DNA of 63,737 nucleotides from an uncultured Gammaproteobacteria bacterium (GCA_964457305.1 CAYWEH010000002.1:1-63737), one strand, 5' to 3'; positions 1-9,755 are shown, counted from the stretch's first letter. Notes: generated by a model not told the origin, from the letters alone. Translations and numbers: made by a program.

Positions 1-550
1 AAATCCTGGTGAATTTCAAGTCCACGAACCCGCCAAATGTCCGTACCTAAAACACGTCTGTGTTGGGGAGTTGACGTCAAAAGTTTCCCAGGCGTTGAGC
101 GTCCGCTCCGGCCAGAGGGATAAAGGACTGATTTTGTGCTACAGTCGGGAATGCGAGCTATGACTGCTGCCAGTACCGCCCGTTTTTGAGATCGTCGAGG
201 GCCTTCGCATCGAGCGCTTCGCGGATCTTCCAATTTTCGGTTTGTCTCGCTTCGGCTATCAAGCGTCCGTAGCGTTCGGTTCGCCCTCACACATTGCCTC
301 GAGGTGAACCCGTTTCTCTTGTTCGGGGTCGCGCTCGCTTGTTTCGGAATGATCCATAATCAATCGCTTTGTTGTATGCCAAATATACCCAATCACCTAG
401 GAACAAACAAGGACTTTTTAGCGGGCCACCGGACTACATCGGACCGGTCCTTTCGGAACGACCGGGAAAGATTTATACTGCGCAGTGCGAATGCGGGCGG
501 CAGCGCTGGACGCGCGTCCTCGCCCAGCTCGCCGACCGATTAGCAAATCT

Positions 551-943
551 ATGCCCGCGACTCCAAGCCCCGAAGCCATCAAGCAAAAACTCACGCCTGA
601 ACAGTACAACGTTTGCTTTTTGAAAGGGACGGAACCGCCGGGCAGCGGCAAATACCTCCATACCAAAGAATCAGGGATGTACGTCTGTGTGGCCTGCGGA
701 CAAGAACTCTTCGCCTCTGATGTGAAATTCGACTCCGGCACGGGCTGGCCGAGCTTTTGGGATCCAGCCGAGAAAGCCAACGTCCGTCTTGAGCCGGACA
801 ATAGCCTGGGTATGCGCCGGACTGAGGTCCTGTGCTCGCGTTGCGACGCCCACCTCGGGCACGTCTTCAACGATGGCCCGAAACCAACCGGCCAGCGCTA
901 CTGCATCAATTCGATTGCCCTGGACTTCCGACCGAAAAAGTAG
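551..943 (+). CDS. msrB: Peptide-methionine (R)-S-oxide reductase MsrB
   Basis: Part of ORF 485..943. It has two CxxC zinc pairs (CVACGQ, CSRCDAH), GWPSF, and the catalytic RYCINS motif. I moved the start to the ATG at 551 (MPATPSPE...) because the upstream 22 aa are Arg/Ala-rich filler. Confidence 0.9.
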   Translation: MPATPSPEAIKQKLTPEQYNVCFLKGTEPPGSGKYLHTKESGMYVCVACGQELFASDVKFDSGTGWPSFWDPAEKANVRLEPDNSLGMRRTEVLCSRCDAHLGHVFNDGPKPTGQRYCINSIALDFRPKK

Positions 944-1019
944 CCATTGATCATCCACCAAATACGGACTATACTGCGGACTGGCCTTTTCGTCGTGGAA
1001 AGGCATAAGCGAACCCGGT

Positions 1020-2303
1020 ATGATGGAGATTCTTCGAAACATGTGGCGACGGAAACTGCGGACTATTCTGACGATGGTCGGCATCGCCGTCGGCATTTTC
1101 GCGTTCACGGTCATGGGGTCGATGGCCTTACGGTTCAACCGAATGATCGATGGCGGCAAGCGCTACATCACCGGGCAGATCACCATCATGCCAAAGGGCG
1201 TGGACGTTTTTGGTCACGGCGGTGGCAGCATGCTGCCCGTCGACACCCTGACAGAAATTTCAAAGGTGGAGGGCGTCGAAGCCGTGGCGGCGGGCGTCGA
1301 GCTCTCACTCGAGGAGCTGGATCCGAACAACGCCAGTAGGTCATTCGGCCCGCCCCCGACCATCGAAGGGATGGAGCTGAGTTCCCGTTTTGAAAACCGC
1401 AACTGGAAAACCTTGAAAATGCTCGAGGGTGAAATGCTGAAGAACGGGGATCCGGATTCCGTCGTCGTCATCGGCATCAGCATCGCGACGGACAAAAAAC
1501 TCCATGCGGGCGACACGATGAAAATCCGTGGCCGCGACTTCAAGGTCAAGGGAGTCATCGACCGAACCATGACCGGCCCCGATACGTACGTGATGATGCC
1601 GATCACCCCGGCGCGTGAACTGCTCATCGAATCGAATCCCTTCCTCAAATCACTGAAAGAACAGGCGGACTCGGCGACGAAGTTGTCTGAAACGGAACTC
1701 GCGAGTCTGCCCGAGGCGACACGGAATCAACTGCGCTCGGCCAAAACCTTCAAGACAGAGGACATGAACACCGCCGCTTCCATCTCGTGGAAAGACGGGC
1801 AGGATCCGGAAGAAATCGTCAAGCGCGTCAAGGACAAATTCGGCGACAAAGTCACGGTCCTTTCCCCGAAAGCCATGGGTGAGCTCATCGACAAGGGGAC
1901 GGTCGTCTTTAATGCCGTCATCCTTGGGAGTGCGTTGATCGCCCTCATCGTCGGCGGCTTCTCCATCATCAACACCATGGTCATGTCCATCTCCGAGCGG
2001 ACCAAGGAAATCGGCATTAAAAAAGCCCTGGGAGCGGCCCGTCGCACCATCGCCACCGAGTACACGCTCGAGGCAGGCGTCATTGGCATCCTCGGCGGGG
2101 TCATCGGGCTTGGTTTCGGCATTCTCCTAGCCTGGAGCCTAAATAAACAAATGGCGGCTAAAGGGGCGGAGATCTTCCTGCTTGATCCCTGGTACCTGGC
2201 TGGCGTGGCGGTCTTCTCGTTCATCCTCGGCATCGTGTCCGGCCTCATTCCGGCTGTCCGCGCCGCCCGCCTCAAGGCGGTGGATGCGATTCGCGAACTC
2301 TAA
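1020..2303 (+). CDS. ABC transporter permease, MacB/FtsX type
   Basis: 427 aa. An N-terminal TM (LRTILTMVGIAVGIFAFTVMG) is followed by a large periplasmic domain and a C-terminal FtsX-like 3-TM bundle (ERTKEIGIKKALGA...). Its stop overlaps the start of the cognate ATPase. Confidence 0.85.
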   Translation: MMEILRNMWRRKLRTILTMVGIAVGIFAFTVMGSMALRFNRMIDGGKRYITGQITIMPKGVDVFGHGGGSMLPVDTLTEISKVEGVEAVAAGVELSLEELDPNNASRSFGPPPTIEGMELSSRFENRNWKTLKMLEGEMLKNGDPDSVVVIGISIATDKKLHAGDTMKIRGRDFKVKGVIDRTMTGPDTYVMMPITPARELLIESNPFLKSLKEQADSATKLSETELASLPEATRNQLRSAKTFKTEDMNTAASISWKDGQDPEEIVKRVKDKFGDKVTVLSPKAMGELIDKGTVVFNAVILGSALIALIVGGFSIINTMVMSISERTKEIGIKKALGAARRTIATEYTLEAGVIGILGGVIGLGFGILLAWSLNKQMAAKGAEIFLLDPWYLAGVAVFSFILGIVSGLIPAVRAARLKAVDAIREL

Positions 2304-2992
2304 TGTCCACCCCTATGGCAGACGTCATTATCAGCGTCAAGAACTTGACCAAGTCCTATCAAATGTCCAAGACGAACACCGTGCACGCGCTGCAGGGCGT
2401 GAACCTCGAAGTGCAGCGCGGCGACTTCACGGCCATCATCGGTCCCTCGGGCTGCGGCAAATCAACCCTCCTCCACGTGCTCGGCCTCCTCGATGCGCCC
2501 GATAGTGGGACGCTAGCCATCGATGGTCAGGAAGTCCACCAACTCTCGGAAACCGAGGCAACGAAACTCCGCGCCAAGAAAATCGGTTTTGTTTTCCAGG
2601 GGTTCAATTTGATCCCGTCGCTCACCGCATTGGAGAATGTGGCACTGGCGGGTAAGTACGGCGGCGTTCCACGCAACGAACGGAAAGGTCGGGCCACCAA
2701 ACTCCTGACCGACCTCGGGTTGGGCGATCGTATCAACCACCGGCCGAACGAACTTTCCGGCGGTCAGCAGCAACGGGTGGCCCTCGCTCGTGCGTTGATG
2801 AACAACCCATCGCTGATCCTGGCGGACGAGCCGACCGGCGAACTCGACACGACCACCAGCCTGGAAATCATCGAGCTACTGAAGAAACTCAACCGCGAGG
2901 AGGGCCGGACGTTCGTCATTGTCACCCACAATTCGGAAGTGGCTGCCGCCTGCCAAAGGACAATTCATCTGCGCGACGGCCGCAACGCCTAA
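2303..2992 (+). CDS. ABC transporter ATP-binding protein (MacB/LolD-like)
   Basis: Walker [11 protein letters not shown]-loop, signature [15 protein letters not shown], Walker [13 protein letters not shown], and H-loop VTHN. Confidence 0.92.
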   Translation: MSTPMADVIISVKNLTKSYQMSKTNTVHALQGVNLEVQRGDFTAIIGPSGCGKSTLLHVLGLLDAPDSGTLAIDGQEVHQLSETEATKLRAKKIGFVFQGFNLIPSLTALENVALAGKYGGVPRNERKGRATKLLTDLGLGDRINHRPNELSGGQQQRVALARALMNNPSLILADEPTGELDTTTSLEIIELLKKLNREEGRTFVIVTHNSEVAAACQRTIHLRDGRNA

Positions 2993-3086
2993 AAACCCCG
3001 ACGCGGAAGCGACTGGCGCAGCCGGTCTTTTACGGCTATACTGATTTTTCCTATCCATAACGTCCCTTTCCAGGACAGGAGGCACC

Positions 3087-3461
3087 ATGCTCAAACAAAC
3101 AACGGTCTACCCGACGATTCCGGTCACCAACCTCGACCGCGCGAAAATATTCTATCGGGATACGCTGGGCCTCGGGGTCATGATGGAGGACGCCGCCGGC
3201 GTCATGCTGGAAGCCGGTAATGGAACCGGCGTCTACCTCTACCAACGCGGCCCGTCGAAGGCTGACCACACCCTGGCGGGCTTCAAAGTCAACGACCTGG
3301 CCAGCGAGATGGCCGTCCTTAAGGAAAAGGGGATCGCGTTCGAAGAGTACGACTTGCCGGGACTCAAGACGATCAACGGGATCGCGACCATCGGCGGCCA
3401 AAAGGCAGCCTGGTTCAAAGACCCTGATGGCAACATCCTTAGCCTCACCCAGCTGAACTAA
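3087..3461 (+). CDS. VOC/glyoxalase-bleomycin resistance family protein
   Basis: 124 aa with the typical VOC N-terminus (VYPTIPVTNLDRAKIFYRDTLGL) and C-terminus (AWFKDPDGNILSL). AGGAGG sits 6 nt upstream of the ATG. Confidence 0.75.
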   Translation: MLKQTTVYPTIPVTNLDRAKIFYRDTLGLGVMMEDAAGVMLEAGNGTGVYLYQRGPSKADHTLAGFKVNDLASEMAVLKEKGIAFEEYDLPGLKTINGIATIGGQKAAWFKDPDGNILSLTQLN

Positions 3462-3473
3462 GCGGCAAACCAC

Positions 3474-3506
3474 AAAAAACGGTGTCCCCGCCGGCACCGT
3501 TTTTTG
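3474..3506. terminator. Rho-independent terminator (A-tract / GC stem / T-tract, potentially bidirectional)
   Basis: The sequence aaaaaacggtg-tccccgccgg-caccgttttttgg lies immediately after the VOC stop codon. Confidence 0.6.
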
Positions 3507-3542
3507 GTATACTGCCAGGGTCCGTTCATTCATCCTCGTTCA

Positions 3543-3854
3543 ATGGCACCGCCACGAAAAAAAACGTCCAAACAGCACCCACGGGCCGGATCGCACTACA
3601 TTTCTGGGCACGCCGGAACCGTTATTTTGCCTTTCATCATCGTGGTGCTGGCGTTGCTCGGTTTCGTCTCGGTCACCCTGTTCGCCTTTTCCGGATCACT
3701 CATCCCGAGGTCGCGGCCAGCGCAGACCGCTGGACCGGTGGCCAGCAACCTCAACCGCAATGACGGCGGCCTGACCGAAGAGAACGGAAAATTTTGTTTC
3801 AACTACCGTCGCGGTGGGAACATAATCAAATACTGTCCTTCGCCCAACCCATGA
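3543..3854 (+). CDS. Small single-pass membrane protein, unknown function
   Basis: Part of ORF 3504..3854, started at MAPPRKKTSK. It has one clear TM (ILPFIIVVLALLGFVSVTLFAF). Its stop overlaps the next gene's ATG (ATGA). No family was recognised. Confidence 0.4.
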   Translation: MAPPRKKTSKQHPRAGSHYISGHAGTVILPFIIVVLALLGFVSVTLFAFSGSLIPRSRPAQTAGPVASNLNRNDGGLTEENGKFCFNYRRGGNIIKYCPSPNP

Positions 3855-4570
3855 CCAGTGACGCCATCGTAGTCCTTGCCGGCGGCGTGGCGGCTGACGG
3901 CTCGCTGCCTCTCTGGGTCCGCTTTCGGGTCGAGCGCGGCGTAACGCTCTGGCGCAACGGCATCGCCCGAACGATCATCCTGTCCGGTCGCTGGGGTTTC
4001 GCTGAACCGATACCCCCACCCACCACCGAAGCGCAAGCGATGAAACGTCTGGCGATTCATCTTGGCGTACCGGCGAAACACATCCTCACCGAGGAGCAGT
4101 CGCAGGACACCATCGGCAACGCCTACTTTACCCAGACGACGCTGCTCGTTCGGCGTGGCTGGACACGACTCGTCATCGTCACCTCGGACTACCACCTGGC
4201 CCGAGCCCGATATATCTTTGAAAAAATTCTCGGACCAAAATACGTCTGTCGTTTCGTCGCCGCGCCGAGCGGCTTGTCGCCCCGTGCCAGACGAGAACAT
4301 GGTGTCGTCGAACGGGCACTCCTCGCGCTCACCAAGCATTGGTTGGACCGGATCCCTGACGGCACCACCGCCTACTTCGCCGCCTTCCTCGCCTGCCAGC
4401 ATCCGGGGTATAGCCAACTGCCAACGACCGCCCATCGAACACTGGCGCGCTTCCTCCACCGAACGCCTCGACACCGCACGGCCCTCGCTTGGCACCTCCG
4501 CTTTCTCGCCCGCCGAATGACCAGCACGCCATTCCGCCCTGCGGCCAAAGACTCGACACCATTCCATTAG
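3851..4570 (+). CDS. DUF218 (YdcF/ElyC/SanA-like) domain protein
   Basis: AIVVLAGGV...IILSGRWG...EAQAMKRLAIHLGVPAKHILTEEQSQDTIGNAYF...LVIVTSDYHLARARYIF is the DUF218 signature pattern. The start was set to the ATG at 3851. Confidence 0.75.
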   Translation: MTSDAIVVLAGGVAADGSLPLWVRFRVERGVTLWRNGIARTIILSGRWGFAEPIPPPTTEAQAMKRLAIHLGVPAKHILTEEQSQDTIGNAYFTQTTLLVRRGWTRLVIVTSDYHLARARYIFEKILGPKYVCRFVAAPSGLSPRARREHGVVERALLALTKHWLDRIPDGTTAYFAAFLACQHPGYSQLPTTAHRTLARFLHRTPRHRTALAWHLRFLARRMTSTPFRPAAKDSTPFH

Positions 4571-5769
4571 CGAAAACCGGGCCGGGGCACGAACCACGTC
4601 GGCAGCCACTGACGGGTTTTTACCTGGTCGGGCGAGAGCGGGCGGGCGGTCCAGACCGGCCAGAACCACGCGCTAACGGTAAAAACAATTGCCAATACTA
4701 CCCCGCTGATGAGGAGACGGCGGCGCGAGTTTCCCAGCCACGTCCGCCATCCCACCAAAGCGAGCAGCCAGAGAAACGGAACGGCGAGCATCGCATGATA
4801 CGAGAAGAGCGGGCGCGTAATGGCCGCAAAGGGGACCAGCGCCGCAAGAACAAACAAGAGCAGTTGATGGACACGCCGGTCTTTCCGAAGGGCGATGACG
4901 GTGGTGACTGCCCCGACGACGCCACCCCACCACAAGACTGGATTGCCCAGATCGGCAATCAGCTGACGCGACCCATCGGCGGCGGTCGCGGTGGCATACA
5001 TGAACGGACGCCAAAGAACCAGCCACGACCACCACGGCGACTGGTAGGCATGCTGTTCGGCAATTCCGGTGTGATGGCGGAGCATCGCGTAGTGCGTCAG
5101 CCAGAACTGCTGCGGCATGCCCGTCAACGCAAAATGCAATTCGAACAACCCAATGTACACAATGAGTGCGGCGGCCGTAAACCCAAGTGCCGAACGGAGA
5201 ACAAAACGAGGATCCCGCTGCCAGGCGAGCATGGCGACCGGAAAGACCAATAAAAGCGCTGACCACTTCACGCCGATGGCAAGGCCGAACACGGCGCCAG
5301 CGACGGCCCAGCCCCCGGCGGTCTTCGCCCGCGCTGCCAACCACACGGCCAACAACGTCGCGAAGGCCAGGGTAATATTGAGCAGGCCGAGACGAGACTC
5401 AACCACAAACATGCCGTCAACGGCCACCAGTGCCGCGGCGACAATCCCAATAAGCGTCGAGCCAGTGAGCCGACGGCCAACGAAAAACATCAGCGGCACG
5501 AGCAGTGTCCCGAGGAGCGCCACCGGCCACCGCCAACCAACCGGCGTATCACCCGCGAGCGCAATTCCAAAAGCAATCACCAACTTCCCAAGTGGCGGGT
5601 GCACGTCGAGGAACGGTTCATGGCGCAGGTAGTGGCGCGCGTCATTCACGAAGTAGACCTCGTCGCTGGTGATCTCGGGGGGCGTTCCGATGCGCCAAAA
5701 CCGCGCCCCACCGCCAAGGAGCGTCAGCACGAGGAGACTCACCCCAATCCACCGTCGCCGGGATTCCAT
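4567..5769 (-). CDS. GT39 / PMT-like polyprenyl-phosphate-mannose protein mannosyltransferase (GT-C fold)
   Basis: Part of ORF 4567..6081, trimmed to MESRRRWIGVSLLVL... Loop 1 reads RIGTPPEITSDEVYFVNDARHYL...DVHPPLGK, with the PMT 'DE' motif, followed by about 10 TM segments. Confidence 0.8.
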   Translation of the reverse strand: MESRRRWIGVSLLVLTLLGGGARFWRIGTPPEITSDEVYFVNDARHYLRHEPFLDVHPPLGKLVIAFGIALAGDTPVGWRWPVALLGTLLVPLMFFVGRRLTGSTLIGIVAAALVAVDGMFVVESRLGLLNITLAFATLLAVWLAARAKTAGGWAVAGAVFGLAIGVKWSALLLVFPVAMLAWQRDPRFVLRSALGFTAAALIVYIGLFELHFALTGMPQQFWLTHYAMLRHHTGIAEQHAYQSPWWSWLVLWRPFMYATATAADGSRQLIADLGNPVLWWGGVVGAVTTVIALRKDRRVHQLLLFVLAALVPFAAITRPLFSYHAMLAVPFLWLLALVGWRTWLGNSRRRLLISGVVLAIVFTVSAWFWPVWTARPLSPDQVKTRQWLPTWFVPRPGFR

Positions 5770-5899
5770 ACCACCAAAGTATACTGCACCGCGAACGACC
5801 CACGCCACCAAACACCTCTCCGTTGTCAGGCGCATCGTTTTATGGTATATCCAAGGCAGTCCCGCGCCATTTTTTAGAAGCCCTCGGCCGAACGCAAAT

Positions 5900-6769
5900 A
5901 TGAAAAAAATCCGCAAAGCCGTTATTCCGGCCGCCGGCTGGGGCACCCGTTTCCTTCCGGCCACGAAAGCGCAGCCGAAGGAAATGTTGCCGATCGTCGA
6001 CAAGCCGATCATCCAGTACGTCGTCGAGGAAGCGGTCGCCTCGGGCATCGAGGACATCATCATTGTCACCGGCTGGCACAAGCGCTCGGTCGAGGACCAC
6101 TTTGATTATCCATTCGAGTTGGAAAAACGACTGCTGGAGGCGGGCAAAGAACAGCAGGCGAACGAGGTTCGGAAAATCGCCGAGATGGCGAATTTCATTT
6201 ACATCCGCCAGAAGGGAATGTACGGCAACGGGACGCCCGTCCTCAATGCCGAACCGCTGATCGGCGACGAACCGTTCGCCGTCCTCTGGGGCGATGAGTT
6301 TATCACGGCCACGCCGCCGCGGCTCCAACAACTCATTGACCTCCGCACCGAACTCGGGGGATCGGTCATCAGCGCGGTCCGCGTCCGACCCGAAGAAACG
6401 AACCGCTATGGCATCGCCCGGGTTACCCCCGTGCGCGAACGCGTCTCGCGCATTGAAGAGATCGTCGAGAAACCCGAACCCGGGCAAGCCCCCTCGTCGC
6501 TCGCCACCCACGGCGCCTACCTCTTGACGCCGGATATCTTCCCTGTCCTCCATGAGCAAAAACCCGGTCGGGGCGGGGAAATATGGCTGCCCGAAGCCGT
6601 CAATACGCTGGCCAAACGCCAGCCGGTCTACGCCCTCGAGCTCGCCAACGCGGTCTACTACGATTGCGGCTCAAAACTCGGCTGGCTGCGCGCCAACATC
6701 GCCTTTGGCCTCAAACACCCGGAAACCGGTCCCGGACTCAAAGACTACCTCGCCTCCCTTCCCCACTAA
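5900..6769 (+). CDS. galU: UTP--glucose-1-phosphate uridylyltransferase
   Basis: MKKIRKAVIPAAGWGTRFLPATKAQPKEMLPIVDKPIIQYVVEEA is the canonical GalU N-terminus. The ORF-track N-terminal extension (5669..) overlaps the GT39 gene and was rejected. Confidence 0.9.
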   Translation: MKKIRKAVIPAAGWGTRFLPATKAQPKEMLPIVDKPIIQYVVEEAVASGIEDIIIVTGWHKRSVEDHFDYPFELEKRLLEAGKEQQANEVRKIAEMANFIYIRQKGMYGNGTPVLNAEPLIGDEPFAVLWGDEFITATPPRLQQLIDLRTELGGSVISAVRVRPEETNRYGIARVTPVRERVSRIEEIVEKPEPGQAPSSLATHGAYLLTPDIFPVLHEQKPGRGGEIWLPEAVNTLAKRQPVYALELANAVYYDCGSKLGWLRANIAFGLKHPETGPGLKDYLASLPH

Positions 6770-6772
6770 CCC

Positions 6773-8209
6773 ATGTCGCGACGCACGATCATTCTCATTC
6801 TCATCGCCATCGCCGTCCTGGCGCCGTCGTTCCTGATCATCTCCGGCGTCATCTCGAAGAAGCAGATCGTCCCCGCCCCAGTCAGCCTGACTTGGTGGAC
6901 GATTGATGACTCGCCCGAATCCCTCGCGGACATCCTCCAGGCGTACCGACAACTCCATCCCTACATCAGCGTCACGGTCGTGCAAAAACCGGCCGACTCG
7001 TATGAAGCCGATTTGAAAAACGCCTGGGCCAAGGACCAGGGGCCGGACATCTTCTCGCTGCCGAACACCGCCGTCGCCTCGTTCAAAGACTTCATCCAAC
7101 CCCTGCCGAAGCAGACCCGGACCGCCTTCTTCAAGACGCGCAATCTCCTGGTTCGCGAGGAGCAGGAAATTACTTACCAAGTCGAAAGCAGCATCACACC
7201 AAACCAAATCCGCCAGGAATACATTGACGCCGTCGCGAAAGACGTCGTTATCCGCGATGCGCAGGGAACCGAACAAATCTATGGCTTGCCGCTGGCGGTG
7301 GATACGCTGATGCTCTTCTACAACCGCGACCTGTTGAGCAGCGCCGGCATCATTGACCCGCCAGCGACGTGGGAGGACTTCGTCGCCGCCATCCCCCGCT
7401 TGACGCTCCAAGATTCGGACGGGAACGTCGTCCGGCCCGGCGTCGGACTCGGCTTGGCCAAGAATGTCCCGTACGCCTTCGACATCCTCTCGCTCCTCAT
7501 GCTGCAGAACGGCGCGCTCATGGTCGACTCGAGCGGACAACAAATCCTCTTTCACCGACCGAACGAAGCGGGCGAAACTCCGGGGCTCGGCGCGCTGAAA
7601 TTCTACACTGACTTCGCCCAGACCAACCCGCCGAAAGAAGTCCTGACCTGGGGGACAAACTTCCCGAACGCCCTGACCCTTTTCGCCCAGGGAAAGCTGG
7701 CCATGGCGTTCGGGTACCAGCGCGACCGGCAGTGGATCTCGGCCGGCAGCGCGAATCTCAACTACGACGTCGCACCGGTCCCCCACATTCATGAAAATGA
7801 ACTCGACAACGACGCCACCGCCCCCGCCGGCGACCAGCTCCGGAAAATCACCTACGGCCGCTACGGGATCCAGGCCATCGCGCTTAAGGCTCGGCAGAAA
7901 GCGAATGAGGCGTGGAACCTCGTGCAGTTCGCTTCCCGCAGCGGCGTGGTGCGGAACTACCTCGGCCGGACCGAGCAACTGTCCGCCCTCCGCAAAGTGC
8001 TCCGTGAACAACAGGCAAACCCGGCCCTGGCGGTCGCGTCGCTGCAGGCACCGGCCATCCGCAGCTGGTATCACGGCCAGAATTTCACCGCCACCGAGCA
8101 GTACTTCACCACCATGATTGAAGAGGTCGCGCTCAAGGGCAACGATGCCTCGCAAGCCCTCAACCTGACGGCCGATCAAATCAACCTCACGCTCCCGAGA
8201 CCGCAATGA
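6773..8209 (+). CDS. Extracellular solute-binding protein (ABC SBP family 1-like), membrane-anchored
   Basis: 478 aa with an N-terminal anchor IILILIAIAVLAPSFLII, then LTWWTIDD...GPDIFSLP...IYGLPLAVDTLMLFYNRDLL...ATWEDF, which is typical of sugar SBPs. No cognate permease or ATPase is adjacent. Confidence 0.7.
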   Translation: MSRRTIILILIAIAVLAPSFLIISGVISKKQIVPAPVSLTWWTIDDSPESLADILQAYRQLHPYISVTVVQKPADSYEADLKNAWAKDQGPDIFSLPNTAVASFKDFIQPLPKQTRTAFFKTRNLLVREEQEITYQVESSITPNQIRQEYIDAVAKDVVIRDAQGTEQIYGLPLAVDTLMLFYNRDLLSSAGIIDPPATWEDFVAAIPRLTLQDSDGNVVRPGVGLGLAKNVPYAFDILSLLMLQNGALMVDSSGQQILFHRPNEAGETPGLGALKFYTDFAQTNPPKEVLTWGTNFPNALTLFAQGKLAMAFGYQRDRQWISAGSANLNYDVAPVPHIHENELDNDATAPAGDQLRKITYGRYGIQAIALKARQKANEAWNLVQFASRSGVVRNYLGRTEQLSALRKVLREQQANPALAVASLQAPAIRSWYHGQNFTATEQYFTTMIEEVALKGNDASQALNLTADQINLTLPRPQ

Positions 8210-9405
8210 AACGCCGTCTCATCCTGCTCGCCTGCCTCGTCACGAGTTGGCTGCTCATCGCGCCGACCGCCTCGGCCGCGTCACGTTTTCTCATTCGCCT
8301 GCCCACCTGCGAACAAACGGTTTATAAGATCGAAAACAAAGAGAAAGTATCGCAGACGATGTCGCCCGACGAATACGACGCGAAAGCAACTGCTGACCCC
8401 ACGTTCAAGGAAACCTGGACGGTGACCGAGGTCACGACCAGCGGCGATTGCGGCGTCGACGAGTTCTTTCAGCTCTTCGCCAGCCTGGCAACGTGGGGCT
8501 TGAGCATCCTCGGCGCCGTTGCCGTCTTCTTCTTCATGTGGGGCGGCTTTACACTCCTCATCGCTGGCGGACGAAGCGAGAAGGTCGAGGAGGGAAAGAA
8601 GATCCTCAACGGCACATTCATGGGGGTAATCGTCGTCCTGACCGCCTGGATTATCGTGAACGCGTACATCATCGGTTTTGCCGGCGGCAAATCCATCTTC
8701 CCCAATTCACCTTTCACGCGCAGCGGTCTAGGCTCCACCGGTAGTCAATGTCGGGCAAGCTATCTGACAAACTATTCGCAAACCGGTTGTACCGGGAATG
8801 ACCTCCACTTCGGCTGTGCGGACCCGACCACCGGCGACGGCGCCGTGACGAAACTCCAGACGCTCCTGGCGGCAAAATGCCCGTCGGTCGGCGCCGCCGA
8901 CGGTTGCTTCGGGAGGAACACGGCCTACGCGCTCTGGGGATTTTTGGCTTCGAACGGGTACCAACCGATTCCGGAAAATTATCGTGACGTCCGCGGAAAC
9001 GCCGCCACGCTCCAACGGCTGCTCACCGACCCGACGAGCAAAGAGTGCTCCGACGCGTTCGGACTCACGCCCGTGTCCGACCCCGCCGACCCGAGCGACC
9101 AACCGGCCTCATCGGGTTGCTGCGTTCCCGCGTCCGTCGATGCGCGCGGGAGCTGCATCGCAGCCGCAACCGCCGCCGACTGCCCGGTTGGCCGCGGTAC
9201 TGTTCCCGATTACAACTTCCAATCGTTTGCCTGCAACACCTTTCCGCTCTGCACGGCTGGCTGCTGTATCAAATACCAACCGAACGGGGCGAAGACCTGC
9301 GAATCCTGCACTCGGGAGCGCTGCACGACCGCCGGGGCCGTCTGGCAGCAGGGCGCATGCACCTTCTCCACTAATCAATGTCAATCCGCAACCCTATGTT
9401 CCTAA
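8206..9405 (+). CDS. Secreted fusion protein: VirB2/TrbC-like pilin hairpin + PG-binding-like domain + Cys-rich C-terminal module
   Basis: It has a signal peptide (LLIAPTASA). A two-helix hairpin, FFQLFASLATWGLSILGAVAVFFFMWGGFTLLIAGGRSEKVEEGKKILNGTFMGVIVVLTAWIIVNAYI, matches the paralogs at 9378, 10002 and 10408. GDGAVTKLQTLLAAKC...DGCFGRNTAYALWGF resembles PG_binding_1. The last ~100 aa contain 15 Cys. Its ATG overlaps the SBP stop (ATGA). Confidence 0.65.
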   Translation: MKRRLILLACLVTSWLLIAPTASAASRFLIRLPTCEQTVYKIENKEKVSQTMSPDEYDAKATADPTFKETWTVTEVTTSGDCGVDEFFQLFASLATWGLSILGAVAVFFFMWGGFTLLIAGGRSEKVEEGKKILNGTFMGVIVVLTAWIIVNAYIIGFAGGKSIFPNSPFTRSGLGSTGSQCRASYLTNYSQTGCTGNDLHFGCADPTTGDGAVTKLQTLLAAKCPSVGAADGCFGRNTAYALWGFLASNGYQPIPENYRDVRGNAATLQRLLTDPTSKECSDAFGLTPVSDPADPSDQPASSGCCVPASVDARGSCIAAATAADCPVGRGTVPDYNFQSFACNTFPLCTAGCCIKYQPNGAKTCESCTRERCTTAGAVWQQGACTFSTNQCQSATLCS

Positions 9406-9725
9406 CCATCCCCCTCATCGTTTCGTTCCTCGTCGCGCCGCTCGCCGCCTGGGCCGTGGTTGAAATCCCCAACCCAATTGCCTGCGGCGACCTGGTCTGC
9501 CTCTTTGTCGGCGTCATGCGTTTTTTCTTGGCCGCCATCGGCGTGTTCGCAACCTTCATCTTCATGTGGGGTGGTTTCCTCATGCTCACGTCGCAGGGTG
9601 AGGCGGAGCGGGTAAAAAAGGCTCGGGATACACTGTTTTGGGCGACCATGGGGATTATTACCGTTCTTGGCAGCTGGGTGTTCATCCGATTTATCCTCGA
9701 GACAACCTCGACCGTCACTCGATAA
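9378..9725 (+). CDS. VirB2/TrbC-like pilin-family small membrane protein
   Basis: 115 aa with a signal peptide (...LVAPLAAWA), helix 1 (FFLAAIGVFATFIFMWGGFLML), a charged loop (TSQGEAERVKKARDT) and helix 2 (LFWATMGIITVLGSWVFI). The C-terminal tail is Thr-rich (ETTSTVTR). An alternative start at 9396 is possible. Confidence 0.65.
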   Translation: MSIRNPMFLTIPLIVSFLVAPLAAWAVVEIPNPIACGDLVCLFVGVMRFFLAAIGVFATFIFMWGGFLMLTSQGEAERVKKARDTLFWATMGIITVLGSWVFIRFILETTSTVTR

Positions 9726-9726
9726 T

Positions 9727-9755
9727 TTGACATTTCCTGGCGGTTCTCTTATACT
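9727..9755 (+). promoter_or_regulatory. Near-consensus sigma70-type promoter (TTGACA-17 nt-TATACT)
   Basis: ttgaca (9727-9732), a 17-nt spacer, then tatact (9750-9755). It lies immediately after the stop of the 9378 gene and ~250 nt upstream of the next pilin-like ATG. Confidence 0.5.

Noticed and set aside
1-550. Possible genes in the first 550 bp. One is a plus-strand open frame ending near 163 (...CPYLKHVCVGELTSKVSQALSVRSGQRDKGLILCYSRECEL*). Another is minus-strand fragments around 160-360 (MDHSETSERDPEQEKRVHLEAMCEGE... in one frame and ...RYGRLIAEARQTENWKIREALDAKALDDLKNGRYWQQS* in another), which might be one frameshifted ~70-aa gene. The listed ORFs 304..543, 369..623 and 418..870 also fall here.
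   Set aside because: All are too short or broken, have no recognisable motifs or RBS, and the listed ORFs are antisense to or overlapping msrB. I cannot support any call. The region is worth a BLASTX, but I did not annotate it.
5669-5899. Long N-terminal extensions offered by the ORF track. Examples are galU from 5669, GT39 to 6081, dnaA to 36865, glgA copy 2 from 27105, tsaE to 39498 and rnpA from 36869.
   Set aside because: The extensions overlap neighbouring genes, are Arg/Pro-rich, and precede internal ATGs that reproduce the canonical family N-termini. The starts were therefore trimmed.
6671-8206. A 511-aa ORF on the minus strand opposite the solute-binding-protein gene. Similar long antisense ORFs occur at 18743..19849 (+), 21076..22005 (-), 24619..25527 (-), 46422..47765 (+), 53952..54812 (+), 60046..61050 (-) and 61882..62721 (-).
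   Set aside because: These are high-G+C shadow ORFs. Their compositions are Arg/Gly/Pro/Asp-rich and low in complexity, with no recognisable motifs. In every case the opposite strand encodes a protein with clear family signatures.
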